From Octopus bimaculoides (taxonomy: Eukaryota), in assembly GCF_001194135.2 (NCBI RefSeq), contig NC_068989.1:60667964-60731963 (forward strand): DNA of 64,000 nt. Direction: 5' to 3'. Every line of letters begins with the position of its first letter. Positions within the stretch are counted from its first letter, which is position 1. The position numbers and the translations under genes were made by a program. Below are positions 1 through 13,485 of the stretch, one piece after another. Below the pieces are notes generated by a model that saw only the letters and a program-made list of their open reading frames with translations, did no database searches and had not been told where the DNA came from.

Positions 1-35
1 ATATATTATATATATATATATATATGTAGTACTTC

Positions 36-180
36 TTTCAGCTTCTGTCTTTTGAATTCACTCAAAAGGTTAGGGCCGGCTCGAGGATATAGTACAAGAC
101 ATTCCAAGAAGCTACCACGCAGCGCGACGAAATTCAACGCTGTGGCAAAGAATCAAACGTCTTACCACAAAGCCCCGCCT
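36..180 (-). mobile_element. Degenerate 5' part of tRNA-derived octopus-type SINE
   Basis: Aligns by eye to the 63167-63325 segment of the full-length SINE in this window (ttctttcag...ctcgaggatatagtacaagaca...cttaccacaaagcc). Confidence 0.7.
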
Positions 181-292
181 CACATGTACGTCATAATTTA
201 CGCCATTATGGGGTTAGAATATTAAGAAAATGTAGAAGATATCCATTGTAAGATGTTTGCAATACCGTATACTATATTATTTGGAATCTGAA

Positions 293-985
293 ATGCCGAA
301 GAGTGTGCGTATGAATTTCCTTGAGTGACAATGCAGTAAATGACGCTTGAATGGATGTATTTTCTTTGTTTGGCTGTTTTTGTAAGTTTTTTCTCCATTC
401 ACACCTGAGATAAGTTAATCCAAAAGTTGAACATCCTATAGAAACGCAGCTCCATCAAATCTCTTTTTCTGGTTCTTTTTAACAAAGCTGAAACTGAACA
501 AGACCGCCATAAGTTTGATCTTTCTGTACGAGTTGGAAAGCTGAACATTTACTACGGAAGCAGAACTGTTATTACAGATTAGAAGCGTTCGAACAAAAAT
601 ATTTCAGAAATTTTCTACGCGTGTTGTATACACATCAGAAGGCAACGAGCTTTCCAACTTTGCATAATAGCGTTCCGCCAAATATGCAAGCAGGAAGGAG
701 CCTCTCCTTACTGCAATGGAGTGCCAAAAACCCAATGTATCTATGACACAATGAATTCACTTATCAAGTCGTTCTGCAAAAGGAATTTGACAGAAAAAAA
801 AAAAGAAACTGATGGAAAAAAAGAACAGTGGCAAACGCTGACAGCCTGAGCATTTAGAATTCTCCAGTCATGAGAAAATGAAAAAGACAAGGCTGCGTAT
901 GTGCACATCTGTAGGGAAAATTAGATGTCCATGTGTATATCTGTCCTTTGTAATCATCGAAATGTTTGCAAACTTTTCCAAATGT
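293..985 (+). mobile_element. Heavily decayed piggyBac-like (PGBD-type) transposase remnant
   Basis: Collinear peptide fragments across frames: MPKSVRMNF..NGCIF (cf. MPKKPVKYGF..NGY), IYYGSRTVITD (cf. GSGRNVTTDN), FYAC..FP, LLQWSAKNPMYL (cf. LKWKDKRPVYML), and Cys-rich C-terminal pieces. There are many stops and frameshifts, and no TIR or TTAA site was identified. Confidence 0.45.
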
Positions 986-1996
986 GGTGCATGATGTACA
1001 ATGTTTTTACTACGAATATTTTTAGTAAATGTTTTGTCATGCAGATTGCTTAAAATCTGCGATGAAAGATGCGCTGTGATTCAAAGAATATCAACACGTT
1101 GACGGTATTTTCCACCGGGGGTGAATAATAGCAACCATTTTTTAGTAGCCATCAAGCTAGTCAAATGACTTCAAGGAAGAAGAAATTTATACAGTTCTTA
1201 AAATATCTTGGTTTGTGATAAGGATGCCTTCTGCATACACGCTACTACATATCACCAGTTTCGAGATAGCCATTCATTTATACAATGTGTCCATTATCAC
1301 TTGAGCGGTGTTTGTATCTTCGATGCTTAAGACTTCAAGTTTAAAGACCTCAAGTTTTCTGTGTGGAATCTGAGAGAACCAGTTCTGATTAATCTAACCA
1401 TCCATCCATCCATTTCTCTATACATGCATAAAACACAAAGTTTGGATTCTGTGAATAATTTCAATAAATATCTAAAGAACATAACTGTAAGTAATGTGAA
1501 TATCCTGCTGTAAGATCGATGTAACTATTGTTACTGGTTTCAACAGGGGTATATTTTACATCATCAGAAGAAATTTAGAGCTGAGATAGAAAATACTGAT
1601 GAGAGATGAACGACTTGTCCGGGACAATAAAAATGTTTCGCTTTTCTTATTCAGATTACTTTCAGAACAGAATTGATGTCAAACCTTACCGCCGGTGAAC
1701 ACAGAGTGAATAGGATTAACACATAAACACACACTCACACACACACACGCGCGCGCGCTTATCCGCACGCAAACACAAGCATCCACCACCACACCGACAT
1801 CCATTCACCTACCCAAAATCACAAGTACACATTTATATAAACGTTCACCCATTTCTTTATATATATTGTGCGTTAATGATTGCGTTCAAACATACATAAA
1901 TGCATACATATATATCTATCTACTTCTCTCTCTCGTTCAGTGTGTGTGTATATATATGTATACATATAATATATGCGTATATATTTACATATATAG

Positions 1997-2046
<50 letters not shown>

Positions 2047-2690
2047 AATCTCTGAACGAGGTATAAACAGTAGCTGCACGACAACCTGAAGTATATTTGC
2101 CACTTAAATGCGGCTAACCACTAAGGATGAATGCTATTGTAGCTTGTAGCCCCAGGAGAACGCCTTCTCCAGCTGGCTATCGACAGCAGCATTTAAGTTA
2201 TTGTAACATTCAGGATATCTGGAAATGGTCAGTTTTAGTACATACGTCTACGTTCAATATACATACATATCTCCGAATATACAAACACATACACACACGA
2301 CTGTTCATGATCTAATGAAAGTTGGTGATCCAACATAGGAAAGGTTCAAGGTATGGTGTTTCAATATAAAATAGCACAAGTGGGATTAAATTTCGCTACA
2401 GCTGTTTCAGGCGTATTTCTAATTAATGAAAAATTCAATTACAACGATTAGAACATGAAAACATAGTTTTCATTAGGTGATGAACAAGATGAAGAACGAC
2501 CCCGTTATGTTACTCAATAATAGAATATACAGTTTATGTATACATATATACACATCAGTATATATATTTTATAAATTTTAATAGACAGTATTAACAAACT
2601 GACTCAAGAGCTTAGAGTTTCGTCTATGACTCTTACGTAGCAAGTGCAATTGAGACACTTAATTTCTGCTGATTGATAATAATATACATG

Positions 2691-2905
2691 TACGAGGGGG
2701 TGCAGAACATTTCCTGGCTTTGGATAAAAGGAAATACAGGAGAATCAGTTAATTATGATTTTATTCAACATATTCCCCTCAGATTCACATACTTATTGCA
2801 GCAGTCCTTCAGTTTTTAAGCCTTGTGAAAGAAGTCGGAAGGTTGAGCCTCCAACTAGATCTTTTGTGACATCCTTGAAGCCAGGGATTCTTTAGCATTC
2901 CTTGT
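2691..2905. mobile_element. Mariner-type MITE (~215 bp)
   Basis: Begins TACGAGGGGGTGCAGAACATTTCCTGGCTTT, a mariner-like TIR with TA. It ends in a degenerate inverted copy, AAGCCAGGGATTCTTTAGCATTCCTTGT. No ORF. Confidence 0.75.
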
Positions 2906-3504
2906 TTTGTTAGCGTGTATGACTGTGTGTGTATGTGTGTGTATGCGTGTGTGTGTTTATATATACAAAGCACGACTTTCTTTGAATGTTGCTAATCTAG
3001 TTACCCAAGTCAAATTCTCAATATTTTGTAAAACGAAATTTTAAAGATATTAATCAGGATAAAACAAGTTTATCACAAATAAAATAAGTTAATAATGATG
3101 TAAGAATTCAGCAGACTATCTTCATAATAACTTCAAGCCTCAATTTAAACTGTATCAGCAAAATATGATTGTGGGATGTTCATGTATCAGTGAATGGAAA
3201 TTGCATACACGTCTCAATCGGGTATTGTTTATCGCTTTTTTTGGTCCATTTATATCTCGAAATATCATTTTAACAAGATACGCATACTCTATATATTACG
3301 AGATTAATCATTAAAAGAAAAAAAAATGACAGTCATTGCTAAAATTATAAAAAGAAAAATGCCCAGGAGCTCATATTTCACAAGAACGCTAACTAATCCG
3401 AAAGAGACAGCGAAGCTAGATAATCCTACAAATACAATCAAATCCAGCGGGGAATTTTTCACGTCATCCACCGGTTTTGACATTTACCGTCGTTTTAATA
3501 ATAA

Positions 3505-3650
<146 letters not shown>

Positions 3651-4039
3651 GAACGGACATAACGATTATAAGGAAAAGCGAAGTTGCTTACTAATCGACG
3701 CATCATGTCCTTTGGATTCCAGGATCGAAAAGAAAGAGGACGAAAAAAAATACAATCCTTTAAAATTTTAAATGGGAAGCATTTGGAGTATGAGAACTTT
3801 CAAGGTCGTGCCTTTAATTGGTGCGTTGAGTAATAGGGAAAGATATAGACAGATGGCTGAAGGAGATTGGAATAGAACGTCCTGTAGAGTTCCTATAGAA
3901 AGTTTTTCAATTAGGGACAGAAGAGATTATCAGGAAGGTTCTAAGTACTTGAAAGACTATTGAAAAGTTGTGGACATCTAAGGTTACAGGTGGCCCGCTA
4001 ACCATATAAATCCTACCAGGAATAAGACCAAATAATAAT
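3651..4039 (+). mobile_element. 5'-truncated R4/Dong-like non-LTR retrotransposon 3' end (REL endonuclease fragment)
   Basis: Translates with frameshifts as RTDITIIRK..CLLIDASCPLDSRIEKKEDEKKYNPLK..WSMRTFKVVPLIGALS..WLKEIGIERPVEFL..GTEEIIRKVLST*. This is the PD-(D/E)xK C-terminus of R4-clade ORFs. A short 3' UTR follows, ending in AATAATAAT. Confidence 0.85.
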
Positions 4040-4044
4040 CCTTT

Positions 4045-5600
4045 CTACTATGAGTACATGTGCAGATCTCTAAATCGTCGAAAATGGGAGCTAGTGCATG
4101 CGTGTCAGAAAGCCTGGTCTCATTGACGGCCATCACATCCAAACCTACCAATCTAAGTTCGTCGAGCAAGAGACTTTGCTTCCAGCACGACTCCAGACCA
4201 CGTACATTTATACAACGTACTCTAATAATCGCCATATTGGCTGGAAAGAATTGAGAGAGGGAACTAGATAGCCTGACCACTGAATCTATTTGTAATCCCT
4301 CTGGGAATCCCTTTTAAATCTACTGGTAGCATTTACAGATGGTTTCTCACATCGTAGAGTAAAACCTATCGAATGTTTTTGTATATCGTTAGTGATATGC
4401 GCAGTAACATTAACTCTTCTGGCACTTTAAAACTGTTGGTGTCAAAAATTGCACCTCCTTTATCTATCTCTTTATTTTAAGCTATGAAGGCCATCAATTC
4501 TCCTCCTTAAAACGAAATTTGGTGTCTGCGTGGTTGTCAGTTGTTGTGTAAGCTTTCTTTTCCGGGCGAGGTGGGGTTTTGGTAGTGTCGTTGGTGTTGT
4601 TGGCTGTAACAGTGGTTGCGTTGACGGTTGTGGAGTTAGTGAAGTTGTTGTTGACGATGTGTCACTCGTATAGTGAAAGCGTTTTCTTTGTTTTCTGATG
4701 CCTGAGTTGGTGTGTGCCTGGATATTTCTTCCAGTGTTTTTCTTTTGTTTTTGGTTTTAGGGTTCTTTCTTATCTTTACTTCAAGATGTGGAGGAACTGG
4801 TGTCTGTGGAAACAGTTTCGGTTATGGCTGGAAGTGTGTTTTTGTGAATGTCTATGTTTGAGAGGACGAGTAAGGGAATTCTGGGTTGAGGGACGCCTTG
4901 GGTGGTCTTTTCTCTCGATATTCATGTTGACGTTGGTGACTATGTTGGCGATGGTGCTGTTGCTGCTGCGTCTGCTGTTTATACTACTGCCGCTTTTGCC
5001 AATGCTTCTCCCGATCCTCTCGCTGCAGATGAAGTCACCTTTATAAACGCCGATATCGGTTTCGTTATATTGCTGTTGTGGATTTTGGTGGCATGATTTC
5101 TTCTTTTGTTGCACTAGCAAATGTGGCTGTTACCGCTGTACTTTTCTTATCTTGTTGCAGATGTTGTTGCTCTTATTTTAGTGGATATAACGAGGACGGT
5201 GCGGCCCTCTTTTCTCTACTTTTGATATTGTCGTGTGGGAATAATGCCCGAAGGTGATCCAGCGTTCCACAGATACAGCATCACGGTCGTCTGCTCTCCG
5301 CACTCACTCATAACTATGTTCAATTCAGCAGGGAGATTATGTCAGGGATCTACTGCAGGTGGTCGGGCTTTACATGTAGGAGCAATTCCGGTGTTATTCC
5401 AGTTCAGTTCTGCATCTTTGTTCTCTTCAAGCCTGGAGGAGTTTCACTTTCCTCCAATACCACACAAGGGAAAACCCACCACGACTCTCGTTCTGGTGGC
5501 ACACCTTGTATTTTAATTTTCACCGCTCTTTGCCCAACGAAATCTTCATTGAGTTAGCAATCCAGCATCGGTGACTGTATATGAGAAGGGCGATGAATAT
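4045..5600 (-). mobile_element. Tx1/L1-like LINE, 5' half (decayed ORF1 with CCHC knuckle plus start of ORF2 APE)
   Basis: Minus strand: GQRAVKIKIQGVPP (~5500-5540); SRRP*CCICGTLDHLRALFP zinc knuckle (~5237-5296, last Cys mutated); ORF2 start IIRVRCINVRGLESCWKQSLLLDELRLVGLDVMAVNETRL (APE N-terminus, ~4110-4231). It is truncated at ~4045. Confidence 0.8.
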
Positions 5601-6149
5601 TAAAATACAAAGTGTGCCAACTATCAAGATGAGAGCCAGTGTTGAACTAATCGGCATTTGAAATCAGAATACGTTTATGAAGAACAAATTTCGCAAGCCG
5701 TGTGTATATCAGAAAAGGCCTGTGCTTAATAGGAAAATACAAACGAACTAACAATACCCACACCATGAACAATACCCTATGATTACGTAAACATAATCTA
5801 CCACCACTACAATGTATATACGTCTGCAAGTGCATGTGTTTACGACTGTGTGTGGGGCCGGTGCATGACTGTGTGCATATATATTCAGATATGATATTGA
5901 TATACGAGTTACCAATAGAGTTATGTGGCTGAAAGGCCTATACTACGAACGATCGTTATATGTTGCATGGCAAATAGGCATGTGTTTGTAATTATGAAAT
6001 GTAATATTGAAATAACAGCGCACCACCATCAACGTCACCATCTGAGCCCACATATACATGCCACATTACCACGATACGTGTGGATGGATATATAAACATG
6101 TGTGCTTGCATATCAACACACACACACACATACACACACACACACACAC

Positions 6150-6325
6150 GCGTGTGTGTGTTTACGTTCCCATAACATAGCGATTCGGTAAAATAGCCCG
6201 ATTGCCTACGTAACAAGCTTAGAGATGAAGGAAAAAAGTACTTGGGTCGATTCATTCGACTAAAATTCTTCAAGTTGTAGTACCCCAGCATGGCCGCAGA
6301 CTAATGTTTGAAGCAAATAAAAGAA
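6150..6325 (+). mobile_element. 3' part of tRNA-derived SINE
   Basis: Reverse-complement match to the 62885-63010 segment (gtttacgttcccataac...cccagcatggccgcag...aataaaag). Confidence 0.75.
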
Positions 6326-6430
6326 TATATATGCATGCATACACACGCACGCACACACACACATACATGTATACATACTTAGATATATAGTATAATATAT
6401 ATGAATATAAGAATCTATCTACACACGCAA

Positions 6431-6501
<71 letters not shown>

Positions 6502-7464
6502 GTTCCGTGAAAGTAAGATATAAAAAGCACTACATCCATTGAGAGATAATTATCATAGTCTAAACGCTGCTTGTAGACACAAAGCGTCTTACAAAATGCT
6601 ACCTAAACCTGCGTCTCTAGAAAGGAGTGTATATCTTTTGATTCATGTGCGTTAAGTACGTCAGAGCATTAAGCTCTTACTTCTGGCTATGTANNNNNNN
6701 NNNNNNNNNNNNNNNNNNNNNNNNNNNNNNNNNNNNNNNNNNNNNNNNNNNNNNNNNNNNNNNNNNNNNNNNNNNNNNNNNNNNNNNNNNNNNNNNNNNN
6801 NNNNNNNNNNNNNNNNNNNNNNNNNNNNNNNNNNNNNNNNNNNNNNNNNNNNNNNNNNNNNNNNNNNNNNNNNNNNNNNNNNNNNNNNNNNNNNNNNNNN
6901 NNNNNNNNNNNNNNNNNNNGCGTGTGTTCTTTGTGTGTGTATGTGTGAGTGTGTGTTTGCGTGTGTGCGTATGCACGTGTGCGTGCGTATGTGTGTCTGA
7001 CCACGAGTGTATATGTATATAATATGAGAGTCAAAATATATATATGTGAGTGTCCGTGCGCGCGTATGTGTCGCTGTGTATGAGCAAGTTCATGTTAGCA
7101 GATAAATTTATTATCCTCTCGAGAGATTAATGAGGGAAGATAAGAAAAAAAAATGTAGGACAGCCCTAAAACTGTGAAGTGCTTTGTGTTAAAAAGGCAG
7201 ACATTAGGCAGATTCCAGGAAACGGGAGCGAACACACGGACATTCGGGCACGAATACACGAACAAGAACAGAATGTCCGGTCAGAAAACGTCTAACCATT
7301 TATTAAATAAACAATATATGAAACATAAGCGAACACTAATATCGTCCAACATACTTGAAACTGTACGTGCACAAACGCACGCACGCATACACACTCGCAC
7401 ACATGCATACACACGCACACACACATACACTCACACGCATACACACATGCGTGTGTATGTATAT

Positions 7465-7675
7465 TTTTTATTTGTTTCACTCATTTAGTCTGCGGCCATG
7501 CCGGGACTCCATTTTGAAGAATTAGAGTCGAACGAATCGACCGCTTAGTTTTTTTAAAGGCTGGTACTTATTCTATCGGTGCCTTTCACGCACACTAAAC
7601 GACGGAGACCTAAACGCAACAACACCAGTTTATAAGCGGTGGAGCGGAGGAAACAAAGACAAAAAAATATGTCTT
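7465..7675 (-). mobile_element. 3' part of tRNA-derived SINE
   Basis: Same orientation and motifs as 62885-63060 (tgcggccatgc, gtcgaacgaatcgac, tacttattctatcggt). Confidence 0.75.
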
Positions 7676-8224
7676 TCTACCTATGTTTGTTCCCAGCATT
7701 GGCTTCTATGTACGTATGTATGTATGTATGTATGTATGTATGTATGTATGTATGTATGTAGCGGGAATATTCAGCAACCAAATCAATATATCGGATGACG
7801 TGATTCATTAGAATATTACCCACGTGATCAAAATACTGAGCGGTCAAAACTTCGAATAGAACTGGCTCTAAGAATGTTTTAATCCTTTGGTGCGCTTTTT
7901 TCTGAGCTGAACCGTCTCTATGAATTCGGTGTACCGTAAATAGTTAGAGAGCAATGAAAGACAGCAGAGATGAGACGGCAGATGGACAGCGAACAGACAG
8001 ACTGCTGCTGACCCAATCTGACACCATCTAAACCTTGAGGGAACAGCGACAGTAACAGCAGCAATAGCTAACCACAGTTTGAAAGTTGCTGCAATCTCAC
8101 CAAAAACAATAATATTCAAACTCTCTCGATATTTTGTCGTTCATTGTATCGATAACATTTTTCTTTGTTTACGAAGAGAATCTTTTGTTTATCGAACAGC
8201 ACAACAGATATCGGTGTTCTCCTA

Positions 8225-8287
<63 letters not shown>

Positions 8288-8319
8288 GTATGTATATCTA
8301 TATATCTATATATATATAT
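8225..8319 (+). repeat. (TCTA)n/(TA)n microsatellite
   Basis: Directly visible. Confidence 0.95.
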
Positions 8320-8607
8320 NNNNNNNNNNACAGGACATTGCAAACAAAACGTAGACGAGAAAACACACAAGCCACATAGAGAACATTCTTGTTCATCAAC
8401 TACCCCCGTTTTAACACCGGCGTTTCGAAGAGCTGGGCAGGACGCATCGTTAATACGGCTCTTCCCATGGACCGCAAATTAAATTTGTATACACAAATTA
8501 AATCTTGCCATGGTGTAAGGGGAAGAGAGAGTGGTAGAGGGAGAAACAAAGGGAGGAAGTAGAAAAATAGGTGAGCAACGAGAGGAAAAGAGAAAGAGAG
8601 GAAGTAT

Positions 8608-8638
<31 letters not shown>

Positions 8639-8894
8639 ACGTAAAGAAATAGGGATCTTGAAGCTGGACTAGGTATCTTATAAGTAGTTTGATATAATCC
8701 AGATCTGGCTAACTACATCATATCGTATTTCAAAGCAATCTCTACTGTTATGAACCCTAGGGTTTAATGATCTCTCACTTGGAAAACACTTTAAAAAGGA
8801 CCATAAAACTCTTAAATCCTCACATCGCCTCACCCGCTTGCATGCCTACATTTGATCAGTGTGCACGTAACTAAATATCGCAAATGGTCGGGAG

Positions 8895-9065
8895 AATATG
8901 CTTTGTAATATATGATCAAGCCTATTTAGTTTTGAATTCAAATCCTGCTGAGGTCAGCTTTACCTCTCATCCTTCTGAAGACGATAAAATATAGCATCAG
9001 TCAAAAATTATAGGTGTCAATATAATCGATGAATCCTTTCTCGAAAATTTCTGGCCTTGTGCCAT
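8895..9065 (+). mobile_element. Degenerate CORE-type SINE
   Basis: gaattcaaatcctgctgaggtcagctttacctctcatccttc...tctggccttgtgcc is a reverse-complement match to the 20688-20904 copy. Confidence 0.6.
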
Positions 9066-10019
9066 GCTTCTTTTGTGTCGATAAATTTATTGTTACAAAA
9101 AATATTTTTCAGTGGTATTTTCAGGCTTTATAACTATTGATGCTATCATAACAGGAATTATTAATATTATTATTAGCTCTCTGCAGTTTCAAACATTTAT
9201 AGTTTTCAATTTAGGTTCGGGAACTTTTCGATCTTTGCGTTGCCTTTTCTTCTATCCTTGGCAGGATACATTAATAGCTTAACAGTTCTAGTGTATTTAT
9301 CTAGTACTACGATATCCAAACTTGAATTTGGATTTTTTCATCGATAAAGTGACAAACTTATTTAAATGGAAAATTTATTGTAAATAAATATTTTCTCCAC
9401 AATATGATATCTCAGCGTAAAATGATTTCGACAGTTATCCTATTATTTGGAGCACATTCTCAACACTATATTTAATTCAAAATATGTCGTATTTCTACAA
9501 AGCTGTCTAATATTAAAAAATATATTTCAATTCACGCTTTGCCGAGCTATAGAGGAGAGAGAAGCAAAGATTTACATTTGCGAATAACAACAATACGGAT
9601 GTATTTAATGGCTATAATGACACATGACGCAGTAAGTGATTGCTTAAGGCAAATTTAAGCGCACCCACAAAGGGAGATGTACAAATGGATTATCTGCAGC
9701 CTAAACGTCGAATAATTTTTTAGAAATAGTATAATTTGCCTGATTTTTGACTCTGTACGTTGAATTATCATTTTGTAGATGGACTATTTACTAATAACAG
9801 TCTATACAATAATGCATCAGATGACATTTTATCATATTTAAATTAAAATTTCAAACTACATGGTGCTTCTACATCATTCTGCAGCATTTCGAAAATTACT
9901 GTTTTGACAACAACAGATATGTTGTCAAAATCACAAGATAAAATTTCATCATAAGTGCTGAAGTGTCAAATAAAAATAGAAATGAGAACAGCGTGAATGA
10001 GACTGGAACACCTTGTGAA

Positions 10020-13000
10020 GGTCTCTCACCCGGCGGGTGCCTCACGAGTGCCTCACGGGTGCCTCACGGGTGGGTAGCATGGGCCCAGTCGTCATCAAGC
10101 AACTGTTAAAACAAAGTGGACGAAAGAAATGAATGTGGCTGTAATAGAGTGCTAGAGAAGTACTCGCTAGGAGGTATAGGAAAAGAATGCACAGAGTATG
10201 GAGCGACAGACGCCTATTTGAATTAAGTGAACAAAATCTATGTGACCAAGCTAGAGCCACAAGAAAGAATGAATGGTTATCTCCAGTTGATCTAGAAAAC
10301 ATTAAGAGATAGTAAGACCAGCGGTGAACGGAAGGATAGGGAAGAGAATGCAGTGAAATTATAACAGTGGAGTTAAAGGAAGAAAAAGAGCATGAGGCTA
10401 AGATTATCGATCAGGAAAGCGATCAGAGAACCAAGGAATAAATATCCATTTTAAATGAAATCATTGATATTTGCACCTCTGGTGAACAGAGCTCTAATAC
10501 GGTGTTTAAAAAAGTAGACAAAAAGAAACCCAATAAATGCGTCAGGAAGATAAATGATATCACTGGTGATATCAGAACTGACAACATCACAGACACCAAC
10601 AATCTGATGAATGCCATCTGGAAGTTAGGTTTGAATGCCAAAGGTAAATGTCAACATAACCATGGTGGAATAGGAGATTAACGCAGTCTATTAATGAAAC
10701 CAGAAAGCACATTAACATTTTGGAACGGAAAAAGAGAAATGAAGTTCAGCGAGAGAAATATTTTGAGCTAGAGAGGAGGTATAGGGTGAAGAGAAAGGGA
10801 ATCAATGTTGTGATTGATGAATTAAAACAGAGGTTGAAAGCTAAAGCACACAAACTAAAGAGATATGAACAGAGAATTGAGCAACACAGATTAACAAAGT
10901 GAGAAACGAGTCCATCAGAAACAGGATGGGAAAGAAAAAGGTGAATAAGCCGTGCCGAATGCTGAAGAAAGTAAAAGATTCTGTTCATACATATGTTCTC
11001 AGGAGAAACAACGCGAAACTAAAGCAGAGTGGTTAATGACAATCAAAGAGGAGAGTGGAGAGTATCAGCAGGAGGAATGGAGAATAACCGAGGAGATGAT
11101 TCCTAACTGGAAAGCGCTGTTCCAGATGAGGTTCAGGGCTTTTGGCTTAAAAACTTAACAGCTCTGTACAGGAGGATTGCGAGACAGCTAGGCGAAATAC
11201 TGAATAGTGACATTCAAGTACCGGCGTGGATGACAAAAGGAGACGGTACTATGCCAGAAGGACCCAAGTAAAGGGAATGCGGTTAGAAGTTTCCGACTAA
11301 TAACTTGTTTGCCACTGATGTGGAATCTGATGATGGACAGCATATCAAACAGCATCTATAAGTACCTAGATGAGAACGATCTACTACCTGTGGAACAAAA
11401 ATGGTGTATACGTAAGAGTAGAGGAACGAAGGATCAATTACTAATCGATAAGACTAACCTGACTGATTGCAAGGAGAGAACAAAAATTTGGCGATGGCAT
11501 TATTGGACTACCGGAAAGCATATGACATGGTCCCACACTCGTTGATTATTGAATGCCTCAAACTACTTAAGGTCTCACACAATATCCTGAAGCTAATGTA
11601 AAAGTCAATGACAACGTGGCGAACTGAACTCACAGCAAGGGCAGATAAGCTGGAAGAGGTAAATATCAAAAGAGGAATCTTTCAAAGGGACAGTCTGTCG
11701 TCTCTTCTATTTGTTGTCTGCATACTGTCACTAACGAGCGTTTTAAGAAAGATACGTGTGGGGTACATGCTAGGCAGGGTGGAAGTAAACAACCTGTAGT
11801 TTATGGATGACCTAAAGCTATTTGCTAAGATTGAGAAAGAAATTGAGAGTTTGACGGCAACTATGGAGATGATTAGCAAAGATACTGGCATGGAATTTGG
11901 GATCGAGAAATGTGGTATAATGATTCTCAAAATGGGGAAAATCAGTAAAAGCCATGGGATCAAGCTGAAAAGTGGTGAAACTATAAGGGAAGTTGAAGAA
12001 GAAGGATATAATTACCGAGGTATCATTAAAAGAGATAAGATGAATGAGCACAAGATGAAAGAAATGTACAGGAAAGAGTATTTGAGGAGAACTCGGCTTG
12101 TGCTCCAATCGAAGCTAAATGGCTGTTATAAGATTAGAGCAATTAACACGTGGGCTGTTATTTTGATGAGGTATGGGGCAAGAATAGTATCTTGGAAGAA
12201 GCATGAATAACAAGTGATAGAACGGAAAACACGTAAATTAATGACAATGAACAAGGAACTACACCCCAAGAGTGATGTGTCAAGATTGTATGTAAATAGG
12301 AGGGAGGGCGGAAATAGGTGTGCTGTGAAGGTTGTATACGGGAAGAGGAGAATAGCCTGGCTTAGTATGTGAAGGAGAGTAAAGAAATGATTGAAGCAGT
12401 GAAAATGCAGGGAACCTTAAAAGTGAACAAAGCCGTAGATCCAATACAATTTAAGAAAGATCAGAGAGAGCAGATGAAGAAAATTTGGCAGAACAAGAAA
12501 AGGCACTGTCAGTTCTTGAAGAATAAAGATGAGATTAATTGGAACAGTACCTGTCAATGGATGAAGAAAGGAGACTTTAAGGGGTACTCTGAGGCAAGCG
12601 CTCAGAACAGACTACTCCAAATATCACGTTGATGAAAGCATTGACTCGCCCCAGTGTAGGATGTGCTCTGAGAAGGGAGAAAGAATAAGCCATATTGTTA
12701 GTGAGTGCTGTAAGATCGCACAACGTGAATGTAAAAAAGAGACACGATAATGTGGCCAGATATAATCAGTGGCTGTTGTGCAGTAAAGCAAACCTTGAGA
12801 CAGCCGAACAATGGTATGAACACAAAACAGAGGGAGTAATGAATAATGAATATTACAACATACTCTGGGATTTTAACATGCAGTGCAACCAAGTCATAGA
12901 GGTAAGATAACCAGATGTTGTGCTCATCCATAAAGATGAAAAGGAAGTAAAGTTAGTAGATGTTGCAATACCAGGCTATTCGAGGGCGAAATGTAAGGAA

Positions 13001-13325
13001 GTATAACAGATGGAGAAATACCAGCCAATGCGGGAGGAAATAGGATAGCTATGGGGTATGAGGGAAGTAATTATGTTACCGGTGGTAATTGGAACATTAG
13101 GTGCAGTTTCAAAGAACTTTTAAAAGCATATTAAGAATATTGGAGCTGATGTCAGGCTCGAGGTAATCCAGAAGACAGCATTGTTGAGTACAGCTCGCAT
13201 TCTAAGGAGAGTATTGTCTCTTTCAATCGCAATAGAAGGCACTACTTGAAATCTTTGGTGATTTGTTGTTGCCTGCTTTCAAGTAAAGAATAACAAGTAA
13301 TTAAGAACTATCCGAAAGGCTTTCA
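10020..13325 (+). mobile_element. Near full-length but disrupted R4/Dong-like non-LTR retrotransposon (RT, CCHC and REL endonuclease)
   Basis: N-terminal YRKRMHRVW..SEQNLCDQAR (10175-). RT motifs RPITCLPLMW, QLLIDK, WLDYRKAYD-like, RGIFQRDSLSSLLF (11671) and FMDDLKLFAK (11800). CRMC-X8-H-X4-C (12655-12708). PDVVL..VDVAIP REL (12911-) and QKTALLSTARILRRVL. It has multiple stops and frameshifts. Confidence 0.95.
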
Positions 13326-13354
13326 TAACAACAGCAACAACAACAACAACATTA

Positions 13355-13384
<30 letters not shown>
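13326..13384 (+). repeat. (AAC)n/(GAT)n microsatellite running into an assembly gap
   Basis: Directly visible. Confidence 0.95.
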
Positions 13385-13385
<1 letters not shown>

Positions 13386-13485
13386 NNNNNNNNNNNNNNN
13401 NNNNNNNNNNNNNNNNNNNNNNNNNNNNNNNNNNNNNNNNNNNNNNNNNNNNNNNNNNNNNNNNNNNNNNNNNNNNNNNNNNNNN

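Noticed and set aside
7780-8640. Relatively GC-rich unique segment with TGACGT/CACGTG motifs and a purine tract (possible promoter)
   Set aside because: Such short motifs are expected by chance, and no linked gene was identified.
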